Shown: positions 9,615-19,751 of the stretch, one piece after another | How the letters are laid out: every line of letters begins with the position of its first letter | Numbering within the stretch: the first letter of the stretch is position 1 | Origin: Vulcanimicrobiota bacterium | GTDB taxonomy: Bacteria > Vulcanimicrobiota > Vulcanimicrobiia > Vulcanimicrobiales > Vulcanimicrobiaceae | Direction of reading: 5' to 3' | DNA: 64,000 bases | NCBI GenBank assembly: GCA_963812155.1 | Contig: CAWETW010000003.1 | Coordinates: 928,001 to 992,000, forward strand | The notes under the pieces: model-generated | Told to the model about the DNA's origin: nothing | Databases searched by the model: none | The model's input: the letters and a program-made list of their open reading frames with translations, nothing else | Translations under genes and position numbers: made by a program

Positions 9615-10736
9615 ATGACGGTGATCGGCGCACTCGAAGCGGGCCTACTGCAAGCGGCGAGCTTTTTCTGGGATAGTCTCTTCGGACTCATCTTCGGGTT
9701 TCTCATCTCGGCCGTCGTGCAGGTCGCGCTGACCCCCGAAGCGATGGATCGGTATTTAGGGCCGAATCTCAAAGGGGTTCTCTACGGCGCGGGTTTCGGC
9801 ATCATCGCGTCGTCGTGTTCCTATGGAGCCGCGGCGGCAATGCGCGGGTTTTACCGGCAGGGCGCCGATCTGCGCTCGATCTTTTCGTTTCTCATCGCCT
9901 CGACGAACATGAACGTCGCGATCCTCGTCCTTTTCTGGTCGTTACTCGGATGGCGGTTCGCCTTCGCGGAGTTCTTCGGCGGAGCGTTGATCATCGCGGT
10001 CGTGTCGATCGGATTTTCGTGGATCTTCGGTCGCGACGAACTCGAGCGGTTGCGGAACGCGGCGACCGCCGAGGCGGCAGCCGAGGACGAAGCCCACTGC
10101 CACCACCACGAATCCTCGACAACGGTGCGCGGCTGGAGCGCGCTCGCGCGCGCCGGAACGTGGCCCGGCATCGCCCGAACCGCGCTCGCGGACGTCAAGA
10201 TGCTGAGGACCGAACTGATCGTCGGCTACCTGATCGCGGGTTTTGCATCGGCACTCATTCCGCCGGGCTGGCTCGCAAGCGCACTTCACGCGGTCGGAGC
10301 GATTCCGTACGCCGGCTACGTGCTGCTCCTCGCCTTGGGTTTACTCATCGCCGTCGTTACGTTCGTTTGTTCGATGGGCAACGTTCCGATCGCGCGCTAC
10401 CTGGCGAACGCGGGCATTCCGCTGGGCGCCAATACGAGCTTCATCTACGGCGATCTGCTGGTGCCGCCCCTTATAGCGATCTACCACAAGACGTTCCCGC
10501 CGCGTGTCGCATGGACGTTCGTCGCGCTCTTTGCGGGCGGCGCGATGTTCGCCGGCGCCGTCATGGAGTATCTGCTCGGCAACGTCTTCGGCGGGACGCC
10601 GATGGCCTCGATGACGATGAACGATCGCTTCACGCTGACGACCAACATCGTGGCGATTATTGCGGTAGTCGCGGTCGCGGTGGCGGCGTGGGCCGGCGGT
10701 CGCCGGCCCGAGGGGACGCTGCCAAGCAGTCATTAA
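9615..10736 (+). CDS. Predicted metal/metalloid permease (DUF318/ArsP-like)
   Basis: Multi-TM; SSCSYG and FVCSMGNVP motifs; central His/Cys-rich loop AHCHHHE. Confidence 0.8.
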   Translation: MTVIGALEAGLLQAASFFWDSLFGLIFGFLISAVVQVALTPEAMDRYLGPNLKGVLYGAGFGIIASSCSYGAAAAMRGFYRQGADLRSIFSFLIASTNMNVAILVLFWSLLGWRFAFAEFFGGALIIAVVSIGFSWIFGRDELERLRNAATAEAAAEDEAHCHHHESSTTVRGWSALARAGTWPGIARTALADVKMLRTELIVGYLIAGFASALIPPGWLASALHAVGAIPYAGYVLLLALGLLIAVVTFVCSMGNVPIARYLANAGIPLGANTSFIYGDLLVPPLIAIYHKTFPPRVAWTFVALFAGGAMFAGAVMEYLLGNVFGGTPMASMTMNDRFTLTTNIVAIIAVVAVAVAAWAGGRRPEGTLPSSH

Positions 10737-10754
10737 GTAATTCACGCACCTCAT

Positions 10755-10790
10755 AGGTCGAAAGTCCCATAGCCTGGGAACTTTGGCCCA
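10755..10790. promoter_or_regulatory. Tandem NarL/DosR-like operator candidates
   Basis: AGGTCGAAAGTCCC (10755-10768) and GGAACTTTGGCCCA (10777-10790) match GGGACTWWAGTCCC at 11/14 and 10/14; starts 22 bp apart. Confidence 0.4.
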
Positions 10791-10881
10791 TGAGTCTGAC
10801 CGGATGACGCGGAAACCTTGCCTGGACTTGGATTGCAACCAAGCACCCTAGCTGCCGTCGGGATGCGGCATCGAGGCAAAC

Positions 10882-11874
10882 GTGGGTGTGCGCGTATTTC
10901 GGATTCGCCTCTTTGGGCTGGCGACCGCGGCCCTTCTCGCCGCCTGTTCGGGCGGTACGCCATCCGAATCGAACGGCCGGATACTGCCGGCCAATCCGAG
11001 CGGCCCGCGCCCGATGCACTCTTCATTTTACGGTTGTCCGGTCTTCCAAGGCACGTACAATCGTATAGTGACGAATGCGGACGTCGATCCGGACAGCAAT
11101 AAGTACATCAATTCGGTTATCCAGGCGGGCGACACCGAAGGCTTTTATGCGTCGACCGGGGTCGAGCAAGTCAATCTAGCCGACGATCGAACGCCGTTGG
11201 TCACCGTGCACCAAAAAGTCCAGTGGCATCAATTTCCCGTTCCGTACCCGTGGCAGTCCGGATTCTATATCGAGCCGCTCGGCGACGCCCACGCGATAGT
11301 CGTCCAGACCGACAGTTGTCATCTCTACGAATCGTACTCGACGACGTACAGCAAAGGGACGTTGAGCGCGTACAGCGGCGCGAATTGGGACATGACGACT
11401 CGGTTCGTCCCGCTACCTCCCGGCAATCCGTCGGCTATGGCGTCGGGTCTGTCGCTTTTTGCAGGGATGGTAAAGTGGGAAGACTACGAGTCGGGCTCGA
11501 TCGATCACGCGCTCGATTGGTCGGCGATCGCGCATACGGTCGCGGAGAGCGCGTTCGTTACGCCGGCGAGCGACACGGACCACTTGCAGTTCGACGGACG
11601 CAGCCAGTACCAATTGCCTTACGGAGCACGGTTGCGTCTGAAAGCCTCATTTAGTACGGCCGGTTGGGGACCTCAGGCGACGATGGTCGCTAACGCGCTG
11701 AAAACATACGGAATTTATTTGTCGGACACGGGCTCGAGTGCGAACGGCCTCTATTTTGCCAACGCGAGCGATGGGAGCGATCCCTGGAATTCGAGCGATC
11801 TTTCGGCGCTAGGGCAAATTCACGTCGGGGATTTCGACGTGATCAATCTTCCGCCGATTCAAAACGCTCCCTAA
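10882..11874 (+). CDS. Uncharacterised lipoprotein
   Basis: Lipobox LAAC; blocks GDAHAIVV...C.LYE.Y, SAMASGLSLFAG and LPYGARLRLK conserved with the downstream paralog. Confidence 0.8.
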   Translation: MGVRVFRIRLFGLATAALLAACSGGTPSESNGRILPANPSGPRPMHSSFYGCPVFQGTYNRIVTNADVDPDSNKYINSVIQAGDTEGFYASTGVEQVNLADDRTPLVTVHQKVQWHQFPVPYPWQSGFYIEPLGDAHAIVVQTDSCHLYESYSTTYSKGTLSAYSGANWDMTTRFVPLPPGNPSAMASGLSLFAGMVKWEDYESGSIDHALDWSAIAHTVAESAFVTPASDTDHLQFDGRSQYQLPYGARLRLKASFSTAGWGPQATMVANALKTYGIYLSDTGSSANGLYFANASDGSDPWNSSDLSALGQIHVGDFDVINLPPIQNAP

Positions 11875-11924
11875 GGCAACCGCCTAGAAGCATACGACGA
11901 GGTTGGCGGAGAAGTGGAGTCCGC

Positions 11925-12822
11925 GTGGCGTTAGGAAGTTCGACGGTTCTGGCGACGGCGCTGACTGCGTGCGGTTTGTTTGGAGCGGGCGGCTTCTACT
12001 CGAGTTCGGTTCTCAACGCTCCCGTCGACCCCGATAGCGCGCGCTACGTAAAATCGATCGTCGAGGCGGGCGATCGAGGCGGATTCTGGATGGCCGCCGA
12101 TCCCGCCGAGCGCGTCAACCTCGCCGACGACGCAACGCCGGCGTACCCGGTTCGTCAAAAGGTACCGTATCATCAGTTCCCGGTGCCGTATCCGTGGCGC
12201 CCGGATTTTTATGTGGAGCCGCTGAGCGACGCGCACGCGATGGTGGTTCAGACGCAAGCATGCGAAATTGTACGAGACCTACCAGACGACGTTTTCCGGC
12301 GGCGTCCTCTCGGCGTACAGCGGAGCGCACTGGAATTTGCGGCATCCCTTCGTTCCTCTGGCGCCGGGCACACCCTCGGCAATGGCATCCGGGCTTTCGC
12401 TGTATGCGGGCATCGTTCGCTGGGAAGAAGTCGCACGCGGCTCGATCGGTCATGCGCTAAACTGGGCCGCTCCGGCGGGCACCGTCGCCCAATGGAGTTT
12501 CGTTCGACCGGCCAGCGATACCGACGGTTTACCGTTCAAGGGAAGCGGCCGGTATCAACTGCCTTACGGCGCTCGTCTCAGGCTGCGGCCGTCGTTCGAT
12601 ACATCACGTTTTGGCCCGCAAAGTGCGGCCATCGCTCGAGCCATGAAGACCTACGGTGTCTACTTGGCGGATACTGCACGGACGAACGAGTTGTACGACG
12701 CACTGGCGTTTGACGGGTCGAACCATTGGAACGAAGCGGACCTGGCGGCGCTTGGCTCGATCCACATAACGGACTTTGACGTACTTTCTCTCGGAACGAT
12801 CGAGCGCGTACCTGGCCGATAG
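11925..12822 (+). CDS. Tandem paralog of the upstream lipoprotein; frameshift near 12267
   Basis: LTAC lipobox-like motif; shares VDPDS..Y..S...AGD..GF, HQFPVPYPW and SAMASGLSL.AG; extra A in TGCGAAATTGTAC joins ORFs 11925..12713 and 12268..12822. Confidence 0.8.
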
Positions 12823-12839
12823 CCGTTAACGGAGCTTCC

Positions 12840-13661
12840 CTAGCGGCCGCTGATGAGCGTGGCGCCGAATTCGATCAACATCGCGGCCGGCACGAGGACG
12901 AGTTGAGAGAGAACCATGCCGATGACCGCCGTCATCGAGAGTCCGGTGACGAGCGCTTTTACGTCGTCCAGCGAGCGCTCTCCGCGAACCGCGCGGTCGG
13001 TAATCAGCGCCGAGGCCGGATCGACGATGATGTTGTACGCGATGGTGGCGAAGCCGTTGACGAGGCCGCTGGAAAGAACGGCGGTTCGAGCCGCATGCGG
13101 GTTGAGAACGCTGGCGTAAGCGGCGGCCGCGATGCCCGCACCGTATATCGCCGTAACGATCACGTTCAGAAGGAGGACGTCTTTGGGAACGCGACCGAAC
13201 GGAAGATCGCGCCACCGCGTTGCGACGCCGAACTTCACTTCTCCGATCACGGCGGCAATCGTGGCCGGTCGAAACATCGCAAGCGCGGCTTTGGGAATGC
13301 TGCCATTGCGCTCGAGCGATCGAATCGCGCGCAGATAAAACATCACAAACGTCGGTATCGCCAGCGTACCGATAACGGCTCCGACGGTCCCCGAAATAAT
13401 GATCGAGCGTAGCTGCCATTGATAGACGCCGAGCGTCGCCGAAACCGCGCGGTCCGAGAGAGCACCGAGCATCGGCGTGTAGAACATCTGCGCGAAGCGG
13501 CTGCTGGTCGCAAAGATATTGAAGAGCGAAATGGCGGTGGCCACTCTACCGGAGCGCGCGCCTGCAAGACGCGCCGCGTATGCCGCGATCGCCAGCGCCT
13601 GGACGGCGCAATTGAGAACGATGGCGAGCAACAGCTGCCACGACCAAAAGTGGTGAGGCAC
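12840..13661 (-). CDS. amj: Amj (DUF2837) family lipid II flippase
   Basis: AYAARLAG.RSGRVATAISLFNI....SR, A.RTA..SSGLVNGFATI....VDP.SALITD and SQL.LVPAA match the Amj/YdaH family pattern. Confidence 0.8.
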   Translation of the reverse strand: MPHHFWSWQLLLAIVLNCAVQALAIAAYAARLAGARSGRVATAISLFNIFATSSRFAQMFYTPMLGALSDRAVSATLGVYQWQLRSIIISGTVGAVIGTLAIPTFVMFYLRAIRSLERNGSIPKAALAMFRPATIAAVIGEVKFGVATRWRDLPFGRVPKDVLLLNVIVTAIYGAGIAAAAYASVLNPHAARTAVLSSGLVNGFATIAYNIIVDPASALITDRAVRGERSLDDVKALVTGLSMTAVIGMVLSQLVLVPAAMLIEFGATLISGR

Positions 13662-13771
13662 TTAGGTAGTCTAAAGCGCACGGTGGGCCAGGCAATCTAT
13701 CCTTTGCCCCTGTCTTTGGGACTTTCGCTTCTCGACGCGGCGGCACACGCACCGTATATTCGAAGGACCGG

Positions 13772-15232
13772 ATGCCCACACTAACGACGACGCAAATCGA
13801 GCCACGAGCCGCGCTCGCAGCTATCGCGCTCATGGGCGCGGCGGCCCTCCTTCTGCTCGTCGGAAATGCGGGGGCTGGGACGCTCGTCTTCGCGGCGGTC
13901 TTAGGAACGGCGGGGCTCTATGCGGCGCTGCGGTGGCCGCTCGATTCGTTGTTCGGCCTGTTCGTCTTGCTCGTACCGTTCGACAACGTGCTGAACACCG
14001 GCTCGTTCGGTACCCTGACGAAGCTCCTCGGTGTGATTGCGGGCGCATTTTTGTTGTTTTGGGTCGTGCGCCGGCGGCATTTCAGCCTGGCGAGTAAGCC
14101 CTTGCAAGTGTTGTGCGCACTCGTCGTTTGGATGCTCGCCAGCTGCCTGTGGGCCGTCGACCAGAAGGCCGCGTTGCAAATGATTCCGACGTACGTCGGA
14201 CTGATGCTGCTCTATGCGGTGCTCACTATGGTTCCGATTTCACGGGCGCAGTTTCGAATGCTGCTGTTTCTAATCGTTATCGGCGGCGTGTGCGCGGCGG
14301 CTTACGGCGCGCAACTCTTCTATCACGACCCGTCTTTTGCCCAGCAAGCCCTCACGATGCGACGGCTCGTCATCCAGGTCGGTGACTATCACATCGACCC
14401 GAACCACTTTTCGGACGCGTTGTTGTTCCCGGTCGCGATCGTCGCGATGTGGGCATTGCGAGCCAGGCGATTCTTCCCCATGATGCTGAGCGTCGCGGCC
14501 CTTGCTTTGCTGATCGTCGCCATTCTGTTGAGCGGATCGCGTGAAGGCCTGACGGCCATCGGCGTCATCGCCGTTTACTATCTTTGGCGGTCGCGCTACC
14601 GGTTTCGGCTGGCGGCGGTAATGACGGTCGTTCTCGTCGTGATCGCCACGGTCCAGACCTCGGTATTCTTGCGCTTTTCAACCGCGCTGCAAACCGGCGG
14701 CTCCGGGCGAACGTCGATTTGGGCCGTCGCCATCGAGGCCGCAAAACACCGTTTTCTGCAGGGTTACGGCATCGGCAACTTTACGGAGGCCTTCGATATC
14801 TATTATTTGGGCGTCCGCCAGCCGTATCCTTATGGCTGGGACGGCCCCGCCCATAACCTCGTGCTGCACTATCTCGTCGAGTTGGGGATCGTCGGCGTCG
14901 TGCTGATCGCGGGCTTTTTCGTCGCGCAGTTTCGCTCTCTGCGCGACGTCGATTCGAGCAGCGAGTTTTACGACTACCGGATCGTGATGGAAGCGGTCCT
15001 CGTGGCGATCCTGGTCGTCTCGATGACGATCGACCTCTTCCAGTACAAGTACGCATGGCTCGTCTTTGCGATGGTAGCGCTGCTGCGAAGCGCCGCGGTT
15101 GCTCAGCAGAGCGCCGCGATGCGGCCGGCCAGATCCGCCATGATATCCGACCTGTCTGCTCGGCTCAGGACGAGCTCCTTGCCCTTGTCGCCGAGTTCGC
15201 GCAGCGCGACCTTATCGAGCAGCGAGATCTGA
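13772..15232 (+). CDS. O-antigen ligase / Wzy polymerase family membrane protein
   Basis: About 12 TM helices; DPNHF, LSGSREG, SGRTSIW, GYGIGNF and AHNLVL...ELGIVG motifs. Confidence 0.88.
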   Translation: MPTLTTTQIEPRAALAAIALMGAAALLLLVGNAGAGTLVFAAVLGTAGLYAALRWPLDSLFGLFVLLVPFDNVLNTGSFGTLTKLLGVIAGAFLLFWVVRRRHFSLASKPLQVLCALVVWMLASCLWAVDQKAALQMIPTYVGLMLLYAVLTMVPISRAQFRMLLFLIVIGGVCAAAYGAQLFYHDPSFAQQALTMRRLVIQVGDYHIDPNHFSDALLFPVAIVAMWALRARRFFPMMLSVAALALLIVAILLSGSREGLTAIGVIAVYYLWRSRYRFRLAAVMTVVLVVIATVQTSVFLRFSTALQTGGSGRTSIWAVAIEAAKHRFLQGYGIGNFTEAFDIYYLGVRQPYPYGWDGPAHNLVLHYLVELGIVGVVLIAGFFVAQFRSLRDVDSSSEFYDYRIVMEAVLVAILVVSMTIDLFQYKYAWLVFAMVALLRSAAVAQQSAAMRPARSAMISDLSARLRTSSLPLSPSSRSATLSSSEI

Positions 15233-16287
15233 CGCAGCGCCTCGGCTAACGCCCGTGCGTCTCCGGCCGGGGTACATATTGCACCGAGCGAAGCGCCTTC
15301 CGATTGGGCCTCTCCGCCGGCCGCCACGATGACCGGGCAACCCACCGACAATGCGTCGTACAGCTTGGTAGGGATGCTTTCCTCGATCCCCTTGCGCAGT
15401 GGAATGATCGAAACGTCCGCGTTCGCCACCTTCGCCATGGCGCCGGCGCGGGACAAACTTCCGATGAGATGGAGATTCCGTATTCCTTCGGTGCGCACGC
15501 GTTCGTCGAGGCGCGTTCGCTGGGCTCCATCGCCCACGATTTCAATACTGATGTCGTCTCTTGCGACCAGCTTGGCCGCATCGGCCAGGACGTCGATGTC
15601 GGTGGTGAGGCCGAGATTTCCGGCGTACACGGCGGTGAACCCGTCCTCGCGCGCTGGGAGAACCTGCACGTCGGGGAATCTTTCCGCTGCATTGCGCGCG
15701 AGAACGAGCCGGGACGACTCGACGCCGCGTCGCGCGACTTGAGACAGTGCCGTCGGCGTCACCACCGAGACCAGATCGGCGCGACTGTATAAGAAGCGAA
15801 CGAATCGTTCGAGCGTCCGGGCGAAGAAGCCGTCGGACTTCCAAACGCCCATCGCAATCGCGATGTCGGGGAATACGTCGCGAACGTCGACGACGAACCG
15901 CGCGCCGTGCCGCGCCGCCCCGACCAAACCGGGTACGGTCACCGTAATCGGCGGCGAGCTGACGATCACGACGTCATAACGCTCGCGTGTTCCGATCATG
16001 TATAACGACTCCGAAAGCGCGGTCGTGAGCCAATGCAGAAACCGGCCGCCGGGCATGCCCGGAATCAAGATCGAAAAGAGGCGGACGATACGAAACCCGT
16101 CGCCCTGGTCGACGCGTAGGACGGGTCGCCGCCGCTCGGCAAATCGGCCGCGAGGAAATGACGGATAGGTGGTGACGACCGTCACGTCGTGCCCCGCATT
16201 TGCCAGGGCTTTCGCAAGCGTTCCGACACGCAGCGATCCGGCCCCAGGCTCCGGGGGAAAGAAGTGGGTAATCAGCGCGACCTTCAC
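15103..16287 (-). CDS. Glycosyltransferase family 4 (WcaI/WbuB-like)
   Basis: HFFPPEPG, SSPP, DVRDVFPD, YAGNLG and PTKLYDAL motifs. Confidence 0.88.
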   Translation of the reverse strand: MKVALITHFFPPEPGAGSLRVGTLAKALANAGHDVTVVTTYPSFPRGRFAERRRPVLRVDQGDGFRIVRLFSILIPGMPGGRFLHWLTTALSESLYMIGTRERYDVVIVSSPPITVTVPGLVGAARHGARFVVDVRDVFPDIAIAMGVWKSDGFFARTLERFVRFLYSRADLVSVVTPTALSQVARRGVESSRLVLARNAAERFPDVQVLPAREDGFTAVYAGNLGLTTDIDVLADAAKLVARDDISIEIVGDGAQRTRLDERVRTEGIRNLHLIGSLSRAGAMAKVANADVSIIPLRKGIEESIPTKLYDALSVGCPVIVAAGGEAQSEGASLGAICTPAGDARALAEALRQISLLDKVALRELGDKGKELVLSRADRSDIMADLAGRIAALC

Positions 16288-17266
16288 GTAGTAGCTCCTC
16301 CCGATACCGTGTCGAGTTTGAAGAACCGTTCGGGAAGGCTGCCGAGCGTCTCGCCCAAGAGCCTTCTGCGGCTCGCACTGGTTTCGGTGTAGGCGGTCCA
16401 GCGCGCAGCCGCATCACCAAACGAGGGCTCATCGAACATTTTGGAAAGAACGCGCATCTGCGCGATGTGGAATTCGTGATACTTCAGGGTTGCGATGTGC
16501 GGCCGGCGCGTCGAGCTATGCAAGAGACTATACAGCGTCCACCAGCCCGTATCGAACCGCGGTAACCATCGCCGAAGCGTTTGGACGCACCGTTCGGAGA
16601 CTTCACCGAGCCAGGCCTCGCCGGTGAGTTGCCATAGCTCCCAAATTCCCACAGCGCGTAGACACATCCATTGAGAATGTGGGGCGCGTGCCGGTTTGCG
16701 ACCTCTTCGAAGAAGACGTTCTCGCCGCTTTTCCAGACGACGCCCCCGCCGTCGATGTCGGCTCGAAACGGTTGGGCAGCCCGAAGCGCGGCAGCGTCGA
16801 AACCGGCGTCCTTTTGCATTCCATGCGCCCGCAACAGCACCGAGATCGCTTCCCCTTGTGCCATCGCCGAAGACCATCCCACTCCGGCGCCGTACTTGTG
16901 CCACGGAAAAGCAAAACGGTACGTCCCGGGGATACCGTCGTTCTGTTGGCAATCTCGAAGCCACGCGGCCTGCGCGAGAAAGTCTTTACGCGCGACGACA
17001 TCGCCGGTACGGTGCCAGACGCCGAAACGGTGCAATGCAAACTGAGCGATGCGGATGGCGTGATAGTACCGTTCGTGTCCGCTCAGCAGCACGCCGCGCG
17101 AATCGCGAGGTGCGTTCGTCCAGTCTTCTCCGTACGCGCCATTCCCCGGATCCCACTCGATGAAATACGGGGATCCGCCGGGATCGCTCAAGGATTCCAA
17201 GCCGTACGCGCGACGATGCGACCACGTTAGCGGAAAGCCCAGCGCCACTCGGCGCAGCACGCTCAC
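16284..17266 (-). CDS. D-glucuronyl C5-epimerase (GLCE C-terminal domain) family protein; frameshift near 16650
   Basis: IAQFAL, WSSAMAQGEAISVLLRA, FEEV...HILNG, FDTG.W..YSL and YHEFHI.QM align with the GLCE pattern; GTG start overlaps the upstream TGA. Confidence 0.82.
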
Positions 17267-18540
17267 GCCACGGCCTGGCGCGCGAGCGGGACGAACTGGC
17301 GTCCCAATAGATAGCATTCGAATCCACAGCGCTGCCACTCTTCGACGGCAAAAAAGTTTCGCGTATCGATCAGCCGCGCGGTCCGCATCAGCGACGCCAT
17401 CTCCGCCGGACGGATGCTTTGGAATGCCGCGTGCGGCGTGATCAAAACCAAGGCATCCGCGTCGGCCGCAGCGAGCGCGAGCGATTCAGACAAAGGCTCG
17501 ACGAAGCGCGTGACGAGCGGGTCGTAGACGGCGGTCGCATAACCGCGTTCGCGCAGCAAATCGGCGATGCGAGCGGTCGGGCTTTCACGCGCGTCGTCGA
17601 CGTCGGCCTTGTAGGCTGCGCCGAGCAGCGCGATCTTGCGGCCCCGCGCGGGGCCCACCATTTCAGCGATCCTGTGCACGATGTGGTACGGCATGCGATC
17701 GTTGACGCGCCGGGCAGACTGGATGAGTTCGGTAACGAACGGGCTGGCATTTGAGAGGAATTGCGGATCGACCGGAATGCAGTGTCCTCCGACGCCCGGG
17801 CCCGGGCTCAAGATGTCGACCCGCGGATGCTTGTTCGCGAGCTCGATCGTTTCCCAAACGTCGACGCCGAGTTCTTCGGCGATAATCGAAAGCTCGTTCG
17901 CAAATGCGATGTTGACGTCGCGAAACGTGTTTTCCACGATCTTGACGAACTCTGCGCCGGACGTTGACGCCAGGGCGATCGGACCTTCGCAGAACGACGC
18001 GTAGAGATCGCGGACGATTTCACCGTCGCGCTGGGTGCGACCGCCGACCACCCGCGCGTTGCTACGCAACTCTTCGATAATTGCGCCCGGGATGACGCGT
18101 TCGGGACAATGCGCCACGTGATAGTCGTCGATCGATTTACCGGCTTGGTGCAAGGCTCGCTCGAAAATCCGCTCGGTGGCGCCGGGGGGAACCGTCGATT
18201 CCAGCACCAGCAGCGACTGGGGTTCGGCCACCGCGGCGACTGCGTCGGCCGCCGCCTCCACATAGCGAAGGTCCGGTTTTCCCTCGTGCGTCGGAGTGGG
18301 CAAGCACAGAATAAACGCGCGTGCGGTGGGGACCCGATCGACGACATGCAGGTTGCCGCTGGAGAGGGCTTCGAGCACTGCTTGGCGCACGGCGCTTTCG
18401 TTCGTAGCAATTTCGCGGCGCTGCAAACTGCGCCGCAGCTTTGGATTGGCATCGTATCCGTAGACTCGGTGGCCGCTGCGCGCAAAAAGCGCCGCCGTCG
18501 GCAGTCCGATATAACCGAGGCCGATAACCGCTACGTTCAC
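17263..18540 (-). CDS. wecC: UDP-N-acetylhexosamine 6-dehydrogenase (WecC-like)
   Basis: GLGYIGLPTA, ESTVPPG, CPERVIPG, ENTFRDVNIAFANE, GPGVGGHCIPVDP and YKADVDDARESP. Confidence 0.85.
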   Translation of the reverse strand: MNVAVIGLGYIGLPTAALFARSGHRVYGYDANPKLRRSLQRREIATNESAVRQAVLEALSSGNLHVVDRVPTARAFILCLPTPTHEGKPDLRYVEAAADAVAAVAEPQSLLVLESTVPPGATERIFERALHQAGKSIDDYHVAHCPERVIPGAIIEELRSNARVVGGRTQRDGEIVRDLYASFCEGPIALASTSGAEFVKIVENTFRDVNIAFANELSIIAEELGVDVWETIELANKHPRVDILSPGPGVGGHCIPVDPQFLSNASPFVTELIQSARRVNDRMPYHIVHRIAEMVGPARGRKIALLGAAYKADVDDARESPTARIADLLRERGYATAVYDPLVTRFVEPLSESLALAAADADALVLITPHAAFQSIRPAEMASLMRTARLIDTRNFFAVEEWQRCGFECYLLGRQFVPLARQAVA

Positions 18541-19751
18541 TCTTGATCCTTTCGTTGGAAAGCTGATGCGAGCTCGCGCATTTGAGTGCGCACGTCGTGG
18601 CGCGCCGACACGAGATCGTAGGCGCGTCCCGCCCGATCGCGGGCCGCGTCCGGATTGATGTAGACATCTAAGAGCGCTGCGGCCAACGCGTCCGGATCGT
18701 CCGGCTTTACGAGCAATCCGCAGCGGTCGTCGAGCAACTCGCCGACGCTGCCCGAATCGGTTGCGACCACCGGCACGCCCAGCGCCATCGCCTCGAGTAG
18801 CGCCGAGGGCACGCCCTCCATCATCTTCTCGCCCGCCGAACGGCTCGCCAGCACGACGGCCGAGAACCACCCGAGCCGATACGCATTGTGCAGCGCGTCT
18901 CGGGCGATGAACCCTCCGAAGCGCACGGCGTTTCGAAGTTGCAGAAAATCAACCTCGGCCTCGAGTTCGGACTGCATCGGTCCGGCGCCGTACAGGGTGC
19001 AGCGAATAGGGACGTTGGAACGGCGCAGTATCGCTAGCGCGGCGAGGAGCACCTTATGACCTTTCACGGGGACGAACGCCGCCGGACAAACGATGCGGAA
19101 CTCGGCATCGTTGGGACGCAGCGGCGTCGCACGATCGGGCACGACGGTCCCGAGGCGTACGCGGCGGATGCGTCCGTTCAGGGCCGGCATCCTAGCGCGC
19201 AGATCGCGTTCTCCGCGATCCGATATCGCTCGCACGAACGAAACGGTTCGCTGTTTTACGTCGAACGCGTTACGTTCGTAAATATCCCATCGGTGCGCCG
19301 TCGCGCTCCAAAGCGCGTCGCTTGCGAGCGCCGCCACCATCGCGACCGTAGACGGAGTCGACATCCAATACGCATGGATATGGTCGAAGCGATGTTCTCT
19401 CGCCCAGTGCGCCAGCGCCAGAGCCTTCACGAGGACCGTAGCGTTCTTTGCGAAGCCGGGATCGCGCGAAGCCATCAACTGTCCGAGCGCCCCAATCGTG
19501 GCGGCCGGCCGCTCGACCACGGTTCGTGCGGCGCGCCGCAGTAAGCTCGCGTTCACGAGCGGCCATGCAAGAACTTCGACGCCTTCGGGAACGCGATGCC
19601 GGGCCGGCTGCCGAGGCGGCCGAACCGGCATCACTACGACGCGATCGAAATACCGCACGAGCTCGTCAAGTTCTGACGTCAAGTACGCTTCCTGAGGTCC
19701 GAACGGAAAGCGCGAGGTGACGACGATCAAGCGTTTAGCGCGACCGCTCAC
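18537..19751 (-). CDS. Glycosyltransferase family 4 (WcaL-like)
   Basis: FPFG.QE, HIHAYW, TAH.WDIY and EGVPSALLEAMALG motifs; GTGA overlap with the neighbour. Confidence 0.88.
   Translation of the reverse strand: MSGRAKRLIVVTSRFPFGPQEAYLTSELDELVRYFDRVVVMPVRPPRQPARHRVPEGVEVLAWPLVNASLLRRAARTVVERPAATIGALGQLMASRDPGFAKNATVLVKALALAHWAREHRFDHIHAYWMSTPSTVAMVAALASDALWSATAHRWDIYERNAFDVKQRTVSFVRAISDRGERDLRARMPALNGRIRRVRLGTVVPDRATPLRPNDAEFRIVCPAAFVPVKGHKVLLAALAILRRSNVPIRCTLYGAGPMQSELEAEVDFLQLRNAVRFGGFIARDALHNAYRLGWFSAVVLASRSAGEKMMEGVPSALLEAMALGVPVVATDSGSVGELLDDRCGLLVKPDDPDALAAALLDVYINPDAARDRAGRAYDLVSARHDVRTQMRELASAFQRKDQE

Noticed and set aside
12255..16660. Frameshifts at ~12267 and ~16650 (and ~3040) as programmed frameshifting or phase variation
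   Set aside because: Single indels in or near very short runs with no slippery heptamer or long tract; sequencing error is simpler given the error load elsewhere.
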